Shown here: positions 49,270 to 59,062 of the stretch, one piece after another | Layout of the letters: the number at the start of each line of letters is the position of its first letter | Numbering within the stretch: position 1 is the first letter of the stretch | From: an uncultured Dehalococcoidales bacterium | GTDB lineage: Bacteria > Chloroflexota > Dehalococcoidia > Lucifugimonadales > Lucifugimonadaceae | NCBI GenBank assembly: GCA_964590915.1 | Contig: CAZPYN010000002.1 | Coordinates: forward strand, 17,426-81,425 | Direction of reading: 5' to 3' | DNA: 64,000 nt | Program-made: the position numbers and the translations under genes | Notes under the pieces: model-generated | Seen by the model: the letters and a program-made list of their open reading frames with translations, nothing else | Database searches by the model: none | What the model was told of the DNA's origin: nothing

Positions 49270-50094
49270 CTATAAATTAAATACTGATATTGGATTGTAA
49301 GAAAAAATATGTTTTTTTTCTATGTCAGTTAAATAATCAGTTTGTTTCAAACATTTATTCAAATCGATTAATGGAAAATCAGAAGCAAATAAGATTTTGT
49401 TAATAGATGAACTTAGGATTGATGTTCTATATATACTTTCATCATAAAGAAAAGGCTGAGCAGCACTATCATAATATACATTGGAGGATATTTTTTTTAT
49501 TTCAGGCATTTGCTCATAAAAAACTAAACCACCACCAAAATGAGAAAATATGAAAATATTATCTTGATTTTTTTCTACCAATTTAAACAAAAATTTAGGA
49601 TATGACCTTCCTTTTCCCCTATATTTGTGACCGAGAGGTTCAGAACCATGAATAATTATTGGCAAATTATAATGTAAAGCTATTTTTAAAATATTAGTAA
49701 AAATTTTGTTATCCAAAATATTTTCTAAATTATTAATGTGTAATTCTCCTATCCCTTTTACACCTTTGGATATACATCTTAAAAGTTCTTCTTCAGATTT
49801 TTTTGAATTTATATCTACACTACAAAAAGGAATTATTTCATCGGGGAATTGTTTTTTTGAAAGTAGGATATAATCATTAACCATTATTGCTAATTCGTGA
49901 TTAGTCCAACCAAAACCAGCAGTTACTGATTTATTTATACCATTTTTTTTCATTTGATTAATTAATTGTTCTGCTTGAACAATTTTGGTATTTTTATCAA
50001 AAAAATCATTAAAAATAGAATCTAATGTTTTAAATTGATTTAAATTTTTTGAAATTTCTTCAGGGAGTATGTGAGTAAGTGAATCAATTATCAT
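49270..50094 (-). CDS. TIM-barrel metal-dependent amidohydrolase (Amidohydrolase_2-like)
   Basis: 274 aa with DSLTHILPE, IIIHGSEPLGH, SHFGGG and FASDFP, matching the metal-ligand pattern of this family. Confidence 0.6.
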   Translation of the reverse strand: MIIDSLTHILPEEISKNLNQFKTLDSIFNDFFDKNTKIVQAEQLINQMKKNGINKSVTAGFGWTNHELAIMVNDYILLSKKQFPDEIIPFCSVDINSKKSEEELLRCISKGVKGIGELHINNLENILDNKIFTNILKIALHYNLPIIIHGSEPLGHKYRGKGRSYPKFLFKLVEKNQDNIFIFSHFGGGLVFYEQMPEIKKISSNVYYDSAAQPFLYDESIYRTSILSSSINKILFASDFPLIDLNKCLKQTDYLTDIEKKHIFSYNPISVFNL

Positions 50095-50130
50095 TTTATT
50101 ATTCTTTTTTTTATTTATAATTTAATAATT

Positions 50131-51249
50131 ATGACAAAAAATATAATTGATACTAGCAATTTTGGTGAAGTTTTTATCACAAAAACTTCATCTGAAAATG
50201 TTATTAATGATTATCATGAATTGCTCTCTAAAACTAAAATACATAAGAAATTTAACCTTAATACCCATACTTTCCTTAAAGCTAATATTTCTTGGCAACA
50301 TTATTTTCCTGCTTGTTCAACCGCTCCTTGGCAATTAGATGGAGTTATACGAGGACTTAGGTCTCTTAATTTCAAGAAATTAGAAGTTGCGCATAATGGA
50401 ACAGTAGTTGTTAATGCAATAGAAGGAAAAATAAACAATGGTTTTAATGCAATTGAAAATGATTTGTCTATTCCCAGTACCATTCTTGATCAACCAGATC
50501 AAGAATGGATACAGTATAGACCAAAAGAGAAAATGATTGTGTTGGATAAAATATATAAAGATGGAATATTAATACCTAAGAAACTAATCGGAACCAATAT
50601 AATTCACCTTCCAACAGTAAAGACACATGTTTTTACGACAATAACAGGTGCTATGAAGAATGCATTTGGAGGATTATTACATCAAAATAGACACTGGGCA
50701 CATAGAGATATACATAATACTTTGGTTGATCTTTTAAAAATTCAGTATGAAATTCATGAGAATATATTTGCTGTAATGGATGGTACATTTGCTGGAGATG
50801 GACCAGGTCCTAGAGCAATGAATTTTAAGGAGAAAAACATACTTTTGGCCTCTTATGACCAAGTAGCTATTGATGCAATTGCTGCCAAATTAATGGGGTT
50901 TGATCCAATGAGTATTCCGAAAATCAGAATTGCACATGAAAATAAATTGGGAATTGGAAATCCAAGGGATATAAAAATTATAGGAAATTCTATAGAAAAA
51001 ATAAATTGGGGATTTACTAATACGAAGAACACATTTGCAAGTCGAATTCAAAAATTAATTTATTGGGGACCACTGAGACCCTTGGAAAAAATTTTATTAC
51101 GAACATTTTTGGTTAACATTTCATTTATGGCTTCAAATTTATATCATAATGTTTATTGGTTAAAATTTATAGGAAAACGAAGAATACGAGATGCTTTTGA
51201 TACTCAGTGGGGAAAATTATTAAAAAACTATAAAATCATAAAACCGTAA
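50131..51249 (+). CDS. DUF362 domain-containing protein
   Basis: 372 aa. LPTVKTHVFTTITGAMKNAFGG and AVMDGTFAGDGPGP resemble DUF362 conserved blocks. Confidence 0.5.
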   Translation: MTKNIIDTSNFGEVFITKTSSENVINDYHELLSKTKIHKKFNLNTHTFLKANISWQHYFPACSTAPWQLDGVIRGLRSLNFKKLEVAHNGTVVVNAIEGKINNGFNAIENDLSIPSTILDQPDQEWIQYRPKEKMIVLDKIYKDGILIPKKLIGTNIIHLPTVKTHVFTTITGAMKNAFGGLLHQNRHWAHRDIHNTLVDLLKIQYEIHENIFAVMDGTFAGDGPGPRAMNFKEKNILLASYDQVAIDAIAAKLMGFDPMSIPKIRIAHENKLGIGNPRDIKIIGNSIEKINWGFTNTKNTFASRIQKLIYWGPLRPLEKILLRTFLVNISFMASNLYHNVYWLKFIGKRRIRDAFDTQWGKLLKNYKIIKP

Positions 51250-51263
51250 TTAGATCAATATGA

Positions 51264-52214
51264 TTATGAAGTTTCCATTAAGAAATTATACGAACTTAAT
51301 GCTGCTATCGCCCCTTGAGATGCAGCAGTAATAGTTTGTTTTAAATTAGAACTGTTTGTAATGTCTCCTGCTGCATAGATGCCTGCAATATTTGTTCTTT
51401 GATCTTTATCAACTATGATTTCATTAGTTTGTGAATCTAATTTTATATTTAATTTTTTCGGTATTTCAATTCTAGGATCAGCCCCTGCTTCGATCATCAA
51501 CCCATCTGTAGCAAAAATTTTTTCACCCTTAAATTGATTTTCTAGTTTTACTTTCTCTAATCCTTTTATTTCATCTCCAATCAATTCAACAACAGTATTA
51601 TTTAGGATTAATTTAATATTATTAGTACTTTTCAAAGTATCGATTAATATTGGTTCTGGTCTCCATAGTTTTTCTCCTCTATATACTAAGAAAACAGTTT
51701 TAGCATATTTCGAAAGTAAAATTGAACCTTCTACTGCAGCATTTCCTCCACCGATAACTATTGCCATATCTTTGTTTTTATATAAAGGTGCATCACAAGT
51801 TGAACAATAAGAAATTCCTTTTCCTATCCATTCTTCTTCATTTTTTAGACCTAATTTTCTTCGTTCTCTTCCTATAGCTAAGAGAACTGATTTGGCATAT
51901 ATTATTTCGTCATTTTCAAGATAACAAGTAAATGACCCTGCATTTTTTTCAATGGAACTTACATTTGATTCTATAATTGGAACATCTAAATTTATTACCT
52001 GATTTTTAAATTCAAGCATTAGATCAAATCCATCAATTTCTGCGTTCCCAGGGTAATTTTCTATGATGCCTCCTATTGCAGTTTCACCTCCAAATTCTTG
52101 ACCTACAATTACTGTTTTCATTTGATATCTTGCAGCATAAAGTCCTGCAGCGTAGCCTGCAGCTCCTTGACCAGCAATTAACAAGTCTATAGATTTATTA
52201 TTTGAATTTTTCAT
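51264..52214 (-). CDS. trxB: thioredoxin reductase-like flavoprotein disulfide reductase
   Basis: 316 aa with the FAD motif IAGQGAAGYAAG, a redox-active CSTC, a second Rossmann motif VIGGGNAAVEG and the C-terminal AAGD. Confidence 0.8.
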   Translation of the reverse strand: MKNSNNKSIDLLIAGQGAAGYAAGLYAARYQMKTVIVGQEFGGETAIGGIIENYPGNAEIDGFDLMLEFKNQVINLDVPIIESNVSSIEKNAGSFTCYLENDEIIYAKSVLLAIGRERRKLGLKNEEEWIGKGISYCSTCDAPLYKNKDMAIVIGGGNAAVEGSILLSKYAKTVFLVYRGEKLWRPEPILIDTLKSTNNIKLILNNTVVELIGDEIKGLEKVKLENQFKGEKIFATDGLMIEAGADPRIEIPKKLNIKLDSQTNEIIVDKDQRTNIAGIYAAGDITNSSNLKQTITAASQGAIAALSSYNFLMETS

Positions 52215-52250
52215 AAAACTTTTCTTATTTTAGATAATAAAAGAGAATTT

Positions 52251-52278
52251 TTGAATATGTATTTTGTAAGTTTAGAAT
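52251..52278 (+). promoter_or_regulatory. possible sigma-70 promoter for the SDR gene (TTGAAT-16 nt-TAGAAT)
   Basis: TTGAAT lies at 52251-52256 and TAGAAT at 52273-52278. A strong SD (GAGGAG, 52313-52318) precedes the ATG at 52329. AT-rich background makes chance matches likely. Confidence 0.3.
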
Positions 52279-52328
52279 ACTAATTATATTATAATTACTA
52301 TAAATTGTAGTAGAGGAGCAGATTTAAC

Positions 52329-53141
52329 ATGGGTGAACTGAGTGGTAAAGTTGCTATAGTTACTGGAGCCGGCAGATTGAGAGGTATCGGAAGAGCTGCT
52401 GCCGTAGCATTAGCTAAACTAGGTGCGGACATAGTGCTTACTGGAACAGGTAGAAATCCTGAAACATTTCCAGATGATGAAAAAGCTATAGACTGGAAAG
52501 ACATCGAGAGTGTTGCTGAACAGATTCGGGCATTAGGGGTCAAGGCCCTTCCATTGGTGTCTGATGTAACAAAACAAAGCGATGTACTAAACATGGTAGA
52601 TGACACTATAAAAGAATTTGGAAGAATTGATATTTTAATAAATAATGCTGCTTACGCGAGAGCAGAGGATAGAGTTCCAATCTTAGAATTAAGTGAAGAA
52701 TCTTTTGCTAAAGTAATGGACATTAAGGTTACTGGCACATTCTTTTGCACAAAAGCTGTAATTAGACACATGATAGATCAAGGAGAAGGAGGCAAAATAG
52801 TTAACATTTCTTCTACTGCTGGAAAAAAAGGATCAGCAAATACTTTGGCATACAATGGTGCTAATTTTGCAATAGTAGGAATGACTCAATCAATGGCTAG
52901 AGAGTTAGGACCATACAATATAAATGTAAATGCTGTTTGCCCAGGTGCTGTTGATACCCACAGAATGGATATACTCGGTAGAGGTGAAACATGGACAAAT
53001 ATGGCTCAAGTGACTCCCATAGGTAGAAACGGAACAGATGATGAAGTTGGAGAGTTCTGTGCATATCTATGTACTGAAGCAGCTTCATGGATTCACGGAC
53101 AATCAATTAATCAAAATGGAGGATCAGTTATGGAACACTAA
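52329..53141 (+). CDS. atypical short-chain dehydrogenase/reductase (YxxxN instead of YxxxK), compositionally distinct
   Basis: 270 aa with TGAGRLRGIG, NNAA and a catalytic region reading SSTAG...LAYNGANFAIVGMTQ, plus PGAVDT. G+C is markedly higher than in neighbouring genes. Confidence 0.8.
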   Translation: MGELSGKVAIVTGAGRLRGIGRAAAVALAKLGADIVLTGTGRNPETFPDDEKAIDWKDIESVAEQIRALGVKALPLVSDVTKQSDVLNMVDDTIKEFGRIDILINNAAYARAEDRVPILELSEESFAKVMDIKVTGTFFCTKAVIRHMIDQGEGGKIVNISSTAGKKGSANTLAYNGANFAIVGMTQSMARELGPYNINVNAVCPGAVDTHRMDILGRGETWTNMAQVTPIGRNGTDDEVGEFCAYLCTEAASWIHGQSINQNGGSVMEH

Positions 53142-53200
53142 ATCTTTTTATTAAGATTTAGTAACGGTTTTCTAATTAATTTTTTTATATTGGAGTAAAT

Positions 53201-54424
53201 ATGATGAATAATAAAATAAAAGTTATAGATAATGGGAATGTTTGTTCTCCTAAGGGATTTACTTCGGGATCAATTTTCTCTGGTATCAAATCACCAGGTC
53301 AAGATAAAAAAGATATAGGAATTATTTTTTCAGAAAAACCATGTGTCTCAGCTGGTACTTTTACTCAAAATTCAATTGTTTCTCCATCAGTTAGTTGGAC
53401 AAGAAATATTATAAATTCTGGTAATATTCAAGCTATTGTTGCAAATTCTGGGTGTGCTAATACCGCAGTAGGAATTCAAGGGTTAAAAGATGCAGAAGAG
53501 ATGGCCAACATTACATGTAAAAAACTAAATATTAATATCAATTCTGTTGCAGTAGCATCTACAGGAATAATTGGAGTAGAATTGCCAATGGCCTTGATGA
53601 GAAAATATATACCAAAAATAGAATTATCTTCCAATGGAGGGAATGGTTTTGCAAATTCTATTTTAACAACTGATAAAAGGACAAAAGAAATAGCTTTGTC
53701 TATCAAAATACATAATAAAGAAGTGAAAGTAGGAGGAGTTGCAAAAGGTTCAGGAATGATTCATCCTAATATGGCAACTATGTTATCTTTCATTACAACA
53801 GATGTCGATATAGATAAAATAGCTCTTCAAAAAATTATAAAATCTGCAGTTAAAAAATCTTTCAATCAAATAAGTGTTGATGGAGACCAATCTACAAATG
53901 ATACTGTATTAATTATTGCTAATGGACTTGCGAATAATAATACATTAAAAGATTTAAGTAGTGAAGAAACTAAATTATTTTCAGATACAGTTCAAGAAGT
54001 ATGTACTTTTTTAGCAAAAGAAATAGCTAGAGATGGAGAAGGTAATAATAGATTAATAGAAACCGAAATTGTAGGTGCAAAAACAACAAATGATGCACTT
54101 TTAGCCTCAAGGTATGTAGTATCATCTAATTTAGTTAAAACAGCCGTATATGGAAGAGATCCTAATTGGGGTAGAATTATTATGGCTATTGGAGCCTCTC
54201 AAATTGATCTGAATGAATCTAAAATAGACATTTTTGTCAATGACATTCAGATAGTATCTGAAGGAGTTGCTATATCATATAATCATCAAAGTATTGTAAT
54301 TGCTATGGGAGAGGAAGTTATTAGATTTAAAATTAACCTTAATATCGGGGACAAATCTGCTAAAGCATGGGGTAGTGAGCTTACAGAAGAATATGTAATA
54401 TTTAATTCTGCTTATACGACATAA
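53201..54424 (+). CDS. argJ: bifunctional glutamate N-acetyltransferase / amino-acid acetyltransferase
   Basis: 407 aa with KGSGMIHPNMATMLSFITTD (autoprocessing site) and DGDQSTNDT. Confidence 0.9.
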   Translation: MMNNKIKVIDNGNVCSPKGFTSGSIFSGIKSPGQDKKDIGIIFSEKPCVSAGTFTQNSIVSPSVSWTRNIINSGNIQAIVANSGCANTAVGIQGLKDAEEMANITCKKLNININSVAVASTGIIGVELPMALMRKYIPKIELSSNGGNGFANSILTTDKRTKEIALSIKIHNKEVKVGGVAKGSGMIHPNMATMLSFITTDVDIDKIALQKIIKSAVKKSFNQISVDGDQSTNDTVLIIANGLANNNTLKDLSSEETKLFSDTVQEVCTFLAKEIARDGEGNNRLIETEIVGAKTTNDALLASRYVVSSNLVKTAVYGRDPNWGRIIMAIGASQIDLNESKIDIFVNDIQIVSEGVAISYNHQSIVIAMGEEVIRFKINLNIGDKSAKAWGSELTEEYVIFNSAYTT

Positions 54425-54432
54425 ATTAAATA

Positions 54433-55209
54433 ATGAAAACTTCAAAAAATAATATTTCAGTCATTAAAATAGGTGGTTCAACACTGGGTGAAAATGATAG
54501 CACCTTTGAAGATATAGTAAAACTTTACAAAAAAGGCTGGAACATTGTACTTGTTCATGGTGGAGGTAGAGAGATTACAAATTGGTTGAATAAGCAGGGT
54601 ATTGAGCCAGAATTTGTAGATGGATTAAGAAGAACAGATAAAAGTACTCTTGACGTGGTTATTTCAGTTCTTTCAGGGAAAATCAATTCGGAAATAGTAA
54701 TTGAATTGCAAAATTTAAACGTAAACGCTGTTGGTATTTCAGGTTCTTCGGGTCTTATTTCTGCTAAACAACTCAGCAAAAAACTTGGGTTCGTTGGAGA
54801 AATTGTTTCTTGCAATCCTGAGATTTTATTTTCTTTATTTGAAAATGGTTTTTTACCAGTAGTTTCTCCTTTAGCATTAGCTTGTGATAAGAAGAAACAA
54901 ATTTATAATATTAATGCTGATACAGCAGCTGGAGTATTGGCAAAAAATTTAAATGCAAATAATATTATATTTCAGACAGATGTATCAGGAGTACTAGATT
55001 CAAATAGAAGAACGATTCCACAAATGACAAGATTACAAGCATTAGACTTGATTAACTCTGGAATAGTTCAAGGAGGCATGATACCTAAAATCAGAGCTTG
55101 TGTTGATGCGTTAGAGACAGTTTCAACAGGTAAAATTATTGATGGAACTATACATGGAAACTTATTAAGTGCATTCACTAATGATAATATTGGTACTAGA
55201 ATAGTATAA
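54433..55209 (+). CDS. argB: acetylglutamate kinase
   Basis: 258 aa with VIKIGGS, VLVHGGG, NINADTAAG and GGMIPKI. Confidence 0.9.
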   Translation: MKTSKNNISVIKIGGSTLGENDSTFEDIVKLYKKGWNIVLVHGGGREITNWLNKQGIEPEFVDGLRRTDKSTLDVVISVLSGKINSEIVIELQNLNVNAVGISGSSGLISAKQLSKKLGFVGEIVSCNPEILFSLFENGFLPVVSPLALACDKKKQIYNINADTAAGVLAKNLNANNIIFQTDVSGVLDSNRRTIPQMTRLQALDLINSGIVQGGMIPKIRACVDALETVSTGKIIDGTIHGNLLSAFTNDNIGTRIV

Positions 55210-55234
55210 AGTTGAAATAAATTTGGAGTGTTAA

Positions 55235-56428
55235 ATGCTTTCTTCCCAAGAATATAAAGATTTAGAAAAAAAATACTACATGCAAGTTGTTAATAGGATG
55301 CCTCCTGTTTTGATCAAAGGGAAGGGGACTATTGTTACAGATATCGATGGAAATGATTATCTTGATTTTACTGCAGGATGGGCGGTTTTAAATTTAGGAC
55401 ATTCTCATGAATCAGTAACTAAAGCAGTGAGTGAACAAGCTGGGAAGATAATGCAAATGAGTAACCTTTTCTATACCACTCCCCAATTATCATTAGCTAA
55501 AACAATTGTAGATAATTCAGATGTAGATAAAGTGTTCTTTTGTAATTCTGGTGCTGAAGCAAATGAAGGAGCAGCCAAATTAGCAAGAAAATGGGGAAAA
55601 TTAAAATTAAATGGAGCATATGAAATTATTACTACATTAAATTCCTTTCATGGAAGAACTCAAGCAATGATGGCAGCTACCGGTCAACCTCATTATCAAA
55701 ATAATTGGAAACCCTTAATGCCTGGATTTGTTAATGTTGAATATAATAATCTAGATGAAATAAAAAATGCATACAACAAAAATACTTGTGCAGTATTAAT
55801 AGAACCAGTTCAAGGAGAAGGCGGAGTGAATATCCCTGATGAGGGATATTTAAAATCTGTTCAGGAGTTTTGCAAATCAAAGAATATATTATTTATGTTG
55901 GATGAAGTTCAAACGGGTATGGGAAGATTGGGGACTTTATTTGGTTATCAGAGCTTTGAGGGAGTTGAACCAGATGTGATGACATTAGCAAAGGCTTTAG
56001 GATCAGGTGCCCCATTGGGAGCATTTTGTACGAAAGACTTTTGTTCAGTATTAGAACCAGGAGACCATGGTTCTACATTCGGAGGAAATGCTTTAACAAC
56101 CTCAGCAGGTGCAGCCGCCGCAGATTATATGGTAAACAACAATATTCCAACAATGGCTCTCAAATCAGGAATTTATATGAGAGAAAAACTAACTAATTTA
56201 AAGGAAACAGTTGGTCAGATTACAGAAATAAGGGGAATGGGACTATTGATAGGTGTAGAAATGCAAGAAGAAATTTCAGCACAAATAGTTGGAGAAGCAG
56301 TAAATAAAGGATTATTAATTAACGCAGTAAGACCTAATATGATTAGATTTATGCCTCCATTAAACGTTTCAAAAGAAGAAATTGATCAAGCCGTTTCCAT
56401 ATTAGAATCAATATATAAAACTTTATAA
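55235..56428 (+). CDS. argD: acetylornithine aminotransferase
   Basis: 397 aa, class-III aminotransferase, with FCNSGAEANE, DEVQTGMGRLG and the PLP Lys in TLAKALG. Confidence 0.9.
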   Translation: MLSSQEYKDLEKKYYMQVVNRMPPVLIKGKGTIVTDIDGNDYLDFTAGWAVLNLGHSHESVTKAVSEQAGKIMQMSNLFYTTPQLSLAKTIVDNSDVDKVFFCNSGAEANEGAAKLARKWGKLKLNGAYEIITTLNSFHGRTQAMMAATGQPHYQNNWKPLMPGFVNVEYNNLDEIKNAYNKNTCAVLIEPVQGEGGVNIPDEGYLKSVQEFCKSKNILFMLDEVQTGMGRLGTLFGYQSFEGVEPDVMTLAKALGSGAPLGAFCTKDFCSVLEPGDHGSTFGGNALTTSAGAAAADYMVNNNIPTMALKSGIYMREKLTNLKETVGQITEIRGMGLLIGVEMQEEISAQIVGEAVNKGLLINAVRPNMIRFMPPLNVSKEEIDQAVSILESIYKTL

Positions 56429-56436
56429 GAGAAATT

Positions 56437-57657
56437 ATGTCTAAAGGGAAATGTATATTAGCTTATAGTGGGGGGATGGATTCAACTATTTCTGTTGTTT
56501 GGATAAAAGAAAAGTACGATCTAGATGTAATTACATTAACTGTCGACCTTGGCGCAGGTCCTGAAATAGAAGGAGTAAAGGAAAAAGCGAAACAAGCAGG
56601 TGCTGTTGAGTCTATTATTCTAGATGTAAAAGAAGAATTTGTGACAGACTATATTTTCCCCGCTCTAAAAGCCGGTGCTATGTATGAAAATGTGTATGCT
56701 TTATCCACTGCATTAGCTAGACCTTTGATGGCAAAAAAATTAGTAGAAACCGCCAGGAAATTTGGCGCAGGATATGTATCACATGGATGCACAGGAAAAG
56801 GAAATGATCAAGTTAGGTTTGACACATCAATCAAAACTTTGTCTGGTGATGGAGAATCTATAGAAATTATTGCTCCTGCAAGAGAATGGGGTATGACAAG
56901 AGATGAAGAAAAAGAATACGCAAAAAAAGCTGGTCTAGAGCTTAGAGAAATAGGTAGTAACCAAAGAGTATATTCAATAGATAGAAATTTATGGGGATTA
57001 GCAATTGAAGGAGAAGATTTAGAGGACACTTGGGCTGAGCCTCCTGAAGATGCCTTCTCTTGGACAAATAGTTTAGAAAAAACGCCTGATAAACCCGAAA
57101 TAATAGATATTCAATTTAGAGAAGGGATCCCTATTTCTATTAATCAAAAAAATATGTCAGGAGTCAAGCTAATTGAATTATTAAATAACTTAGCAGGGAA
57201 GCATGGTATAGGTAGGGTAGATCATTTAGAAAATAGGCTAGTAGGGATAAAAAGTAGGGAAGTCTATGAAACTCCAGCCGCGGTGGTTTTATATGATTCT
57301 ATTATTGCATTGGAAACAGCTACCCTATCAAGAGAACAACAAAGAATAAAATCTTTTTTGTCACAAAATTATTCTGATTTAGTTTATGATGGAAGATGGT
57401 TTACTATGTTGAGAGAAAATATTCAATCTTTTATGAATAGTGTTCAACAATTTTCAACCGGAGATATTAAATTAAAGCTTTATAAAGGATCATGTAATGT
57501 TATAGGAAGAAAATCTAAATTTTCTCTTTATGATTATGATATGTCTACTTATTCTTCAACGGATAGTTTTAATCATAATTCCGCTGTAGGATTTATAGAT
57601 ATCTATTCATTACCATCAAGAATACAAGCTAAAAAACAAAAATTTAACGATTTATAA
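56437..57657 (+). CDS. argG: argininosuccinate synthase
   Basis: 406 aa with AYSGGMDST, HGCTGKGNDQVRF and ENRLVGIKSRE. Confidence 0.95.
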   Translation: MSKGKCILAYSGGMDSTISVVWIKEKYDLDVITLTVDLGAGPEIEGVKEKAKQAGAVESIILDVKEEFVTDYIFPALKAGAMYENVYALSTALARPLMAKKLVETARKFGAGYVSHGCTGKGNDQVRFDTSIKTLSGDGESIEIIAPAREWGMTRDEEKEYAKKAGLELREIGSNQRVYSIDRNLWGLAIEGEDLEDTWAEPPEDAFSWTNSLEKTPDKPEIIDIQFREGIPISINQKNMSGVKLIELLNNLAGKHGIGRVDHLENRLVGIKSREVYETPAAVVLYDSIIALETATLSREQQRIKSFLSQNYSDLVYDGRWFTMLRENIQSFMNSVQQFSTGDIKLKLYKGSCNVIGRKSKFSLYDYDMSTYSSTDSFNHNSAVGFIDIYSLPSRIQAKKQKFNDL

Positions 57658-57661
57658 GAAT

Positions 57662-59062
57662 TTGACTCATAATAAAAAGAAAAATAATTTTACCTATTCT
57701 GTCCAAGGGGAAGAGATCTTTGGTGAGTTTACCAGTTCATTTGAAACAGATATCCATTTGTATGAAGAAGATATTGAAGTATCAATAGCATACTCCAAAA
57801 TGCTTAAAAAAATTGGGATTTTAAATCAATCTGAAAATATGAAGATTATAAATGGATTAAATGAAATAAAGTCGGAGATTTTAAACGAAACATTTAAATG
57901 GGATTATTCTTTGGAAGATATTCATATGAATATCGAAAGTTCCCTCTATGCTAAGATCGGTAATGTAGCTGGTAAATTACATACTGGAAGATCTAGGAAT
58001 GACCAAATTGTAACAGATTCAAGATTATATTTTAAGAAAAAAACCAAAATCATAATTCAGGAATTATTGGACTTACTAAAAGTATTAATTGATATAGCAG
58101 ATAAGAATAAAGAAATAATTATGCCTGGTTATACTCATTTGCAAAAAGGCCAACCAGTTTTATTATCACATTCCATTTTAGCGTATTTTTCTATTCTTTA
58201 CCGTGATTATGAAAGATTTAAAAAAGCACTAGTAAATATTGATTTTATGCCTCTAGGTTCGGGAGCTTTTGCAGGTGTTAATATCCCCATTGATCAAGAT
58301 TTTCTTCAAAATGAACTAGGCTTTAGCCAAAAAACATCTAATTCGATTGATGCTGTATCTTCTAGAGATTTTATTTTAGATTTACTTTATGCTTCTAGTT
58401 CCTTAATGATAAATTTTTCAAGGATTTGTGAAGAGTTTATAATTTGGAATACCTATGAATTTAATTTTATAACTTTACCTGAAAAATTTACTACTGGCTC
58501 AAGTATTATGCCTCAAAAAAAGAACCCTGACTTTTTAGAATTGATAAGAGCTAAAGCAGGAACGAATTTAGGCACACTCCTATCACTATTTACTACTTTA
58601 AAAGGACTTCCTTTTACTTATAACAGAGACTTACAAGAAGATAGAAAAGGAGCAATTCAAACAACAAAAACAGTAATTGAATCTATAAAAATTATCAAAG
58701 AAATTTTAAGCGAAATGAAGTTCAATTCTGAACAAATGTTTCAATCAGCAGAAAATTCAAATATTTTAGCTACCGATTTTGCAGATTATTTAGCATCTAA
58801 AAATATTCCATTTAGGGAAGCCTACAACTTAATGAAAGAAATTTCCAATACCTTGAAAAAAACGAATAGGAATATTAATGATCTAAGTCTTGAAGATTTT
58901 CAAAAGATTTCTCCTATATTTACAAAAGATGTGATGAAAATAACAATAAAAAGCTCCATAGAAAACAGAAATTCATTTGGTGGTACTTCAACTAAGTCCA
59001 TAAATAATCAGATAAAAGATTCAAAAAATCTTTTGAATAAAATAAGTAATGAAATCAAATAA
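57662..59062 (+). CDS. argH: argininosuccinate lyase
   Basis: 466 aa with a TTG start and motifs HTGRSRNDQ, GYTHLQKGQP and the fumarate-lyase signature GSSIMPQKKNPD. Confidence 0.9.
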   Translation: MTHNKKKNNFTYSVQGEEIFGEFTSSFETDIHLYEEDIEVSIAYSKMLKKIGILNQSENMKIINGLNEIKSEILNETFKWDYSLEDIHMNIESSLYAKIGNVAGKLHTGRSRNDQIVTDSRLYFKKKTKIIIQELLDLLKVLIDIADKNKEIIMPGYTHLQKGQPVLLSHSILAYFSILYRDYERFKKALVNIDFMPLGSGAFAGVNIPIDQDFLQNELGFSQKTSNSIDAVSSRDFILDLLYASSSLMINFSRICEEFIIWNTYEFNFITLPEKFTTGSSIMPQKKNPDFLELIRAKAGTNLGTLLSLFTTLKGLPFTYNRDLQEDRKGAIQTTKTVIESIKIIKEILSEMKFNSEQMFQSAENSNILATDFADYLASKNIPFREAYNLMKEISNTLKKTNRNINDLSLEDFQKISPIFTKDVMKITIKSSIENRNSFGGTSTKSINNQIKDSKNLLNKISNEIK

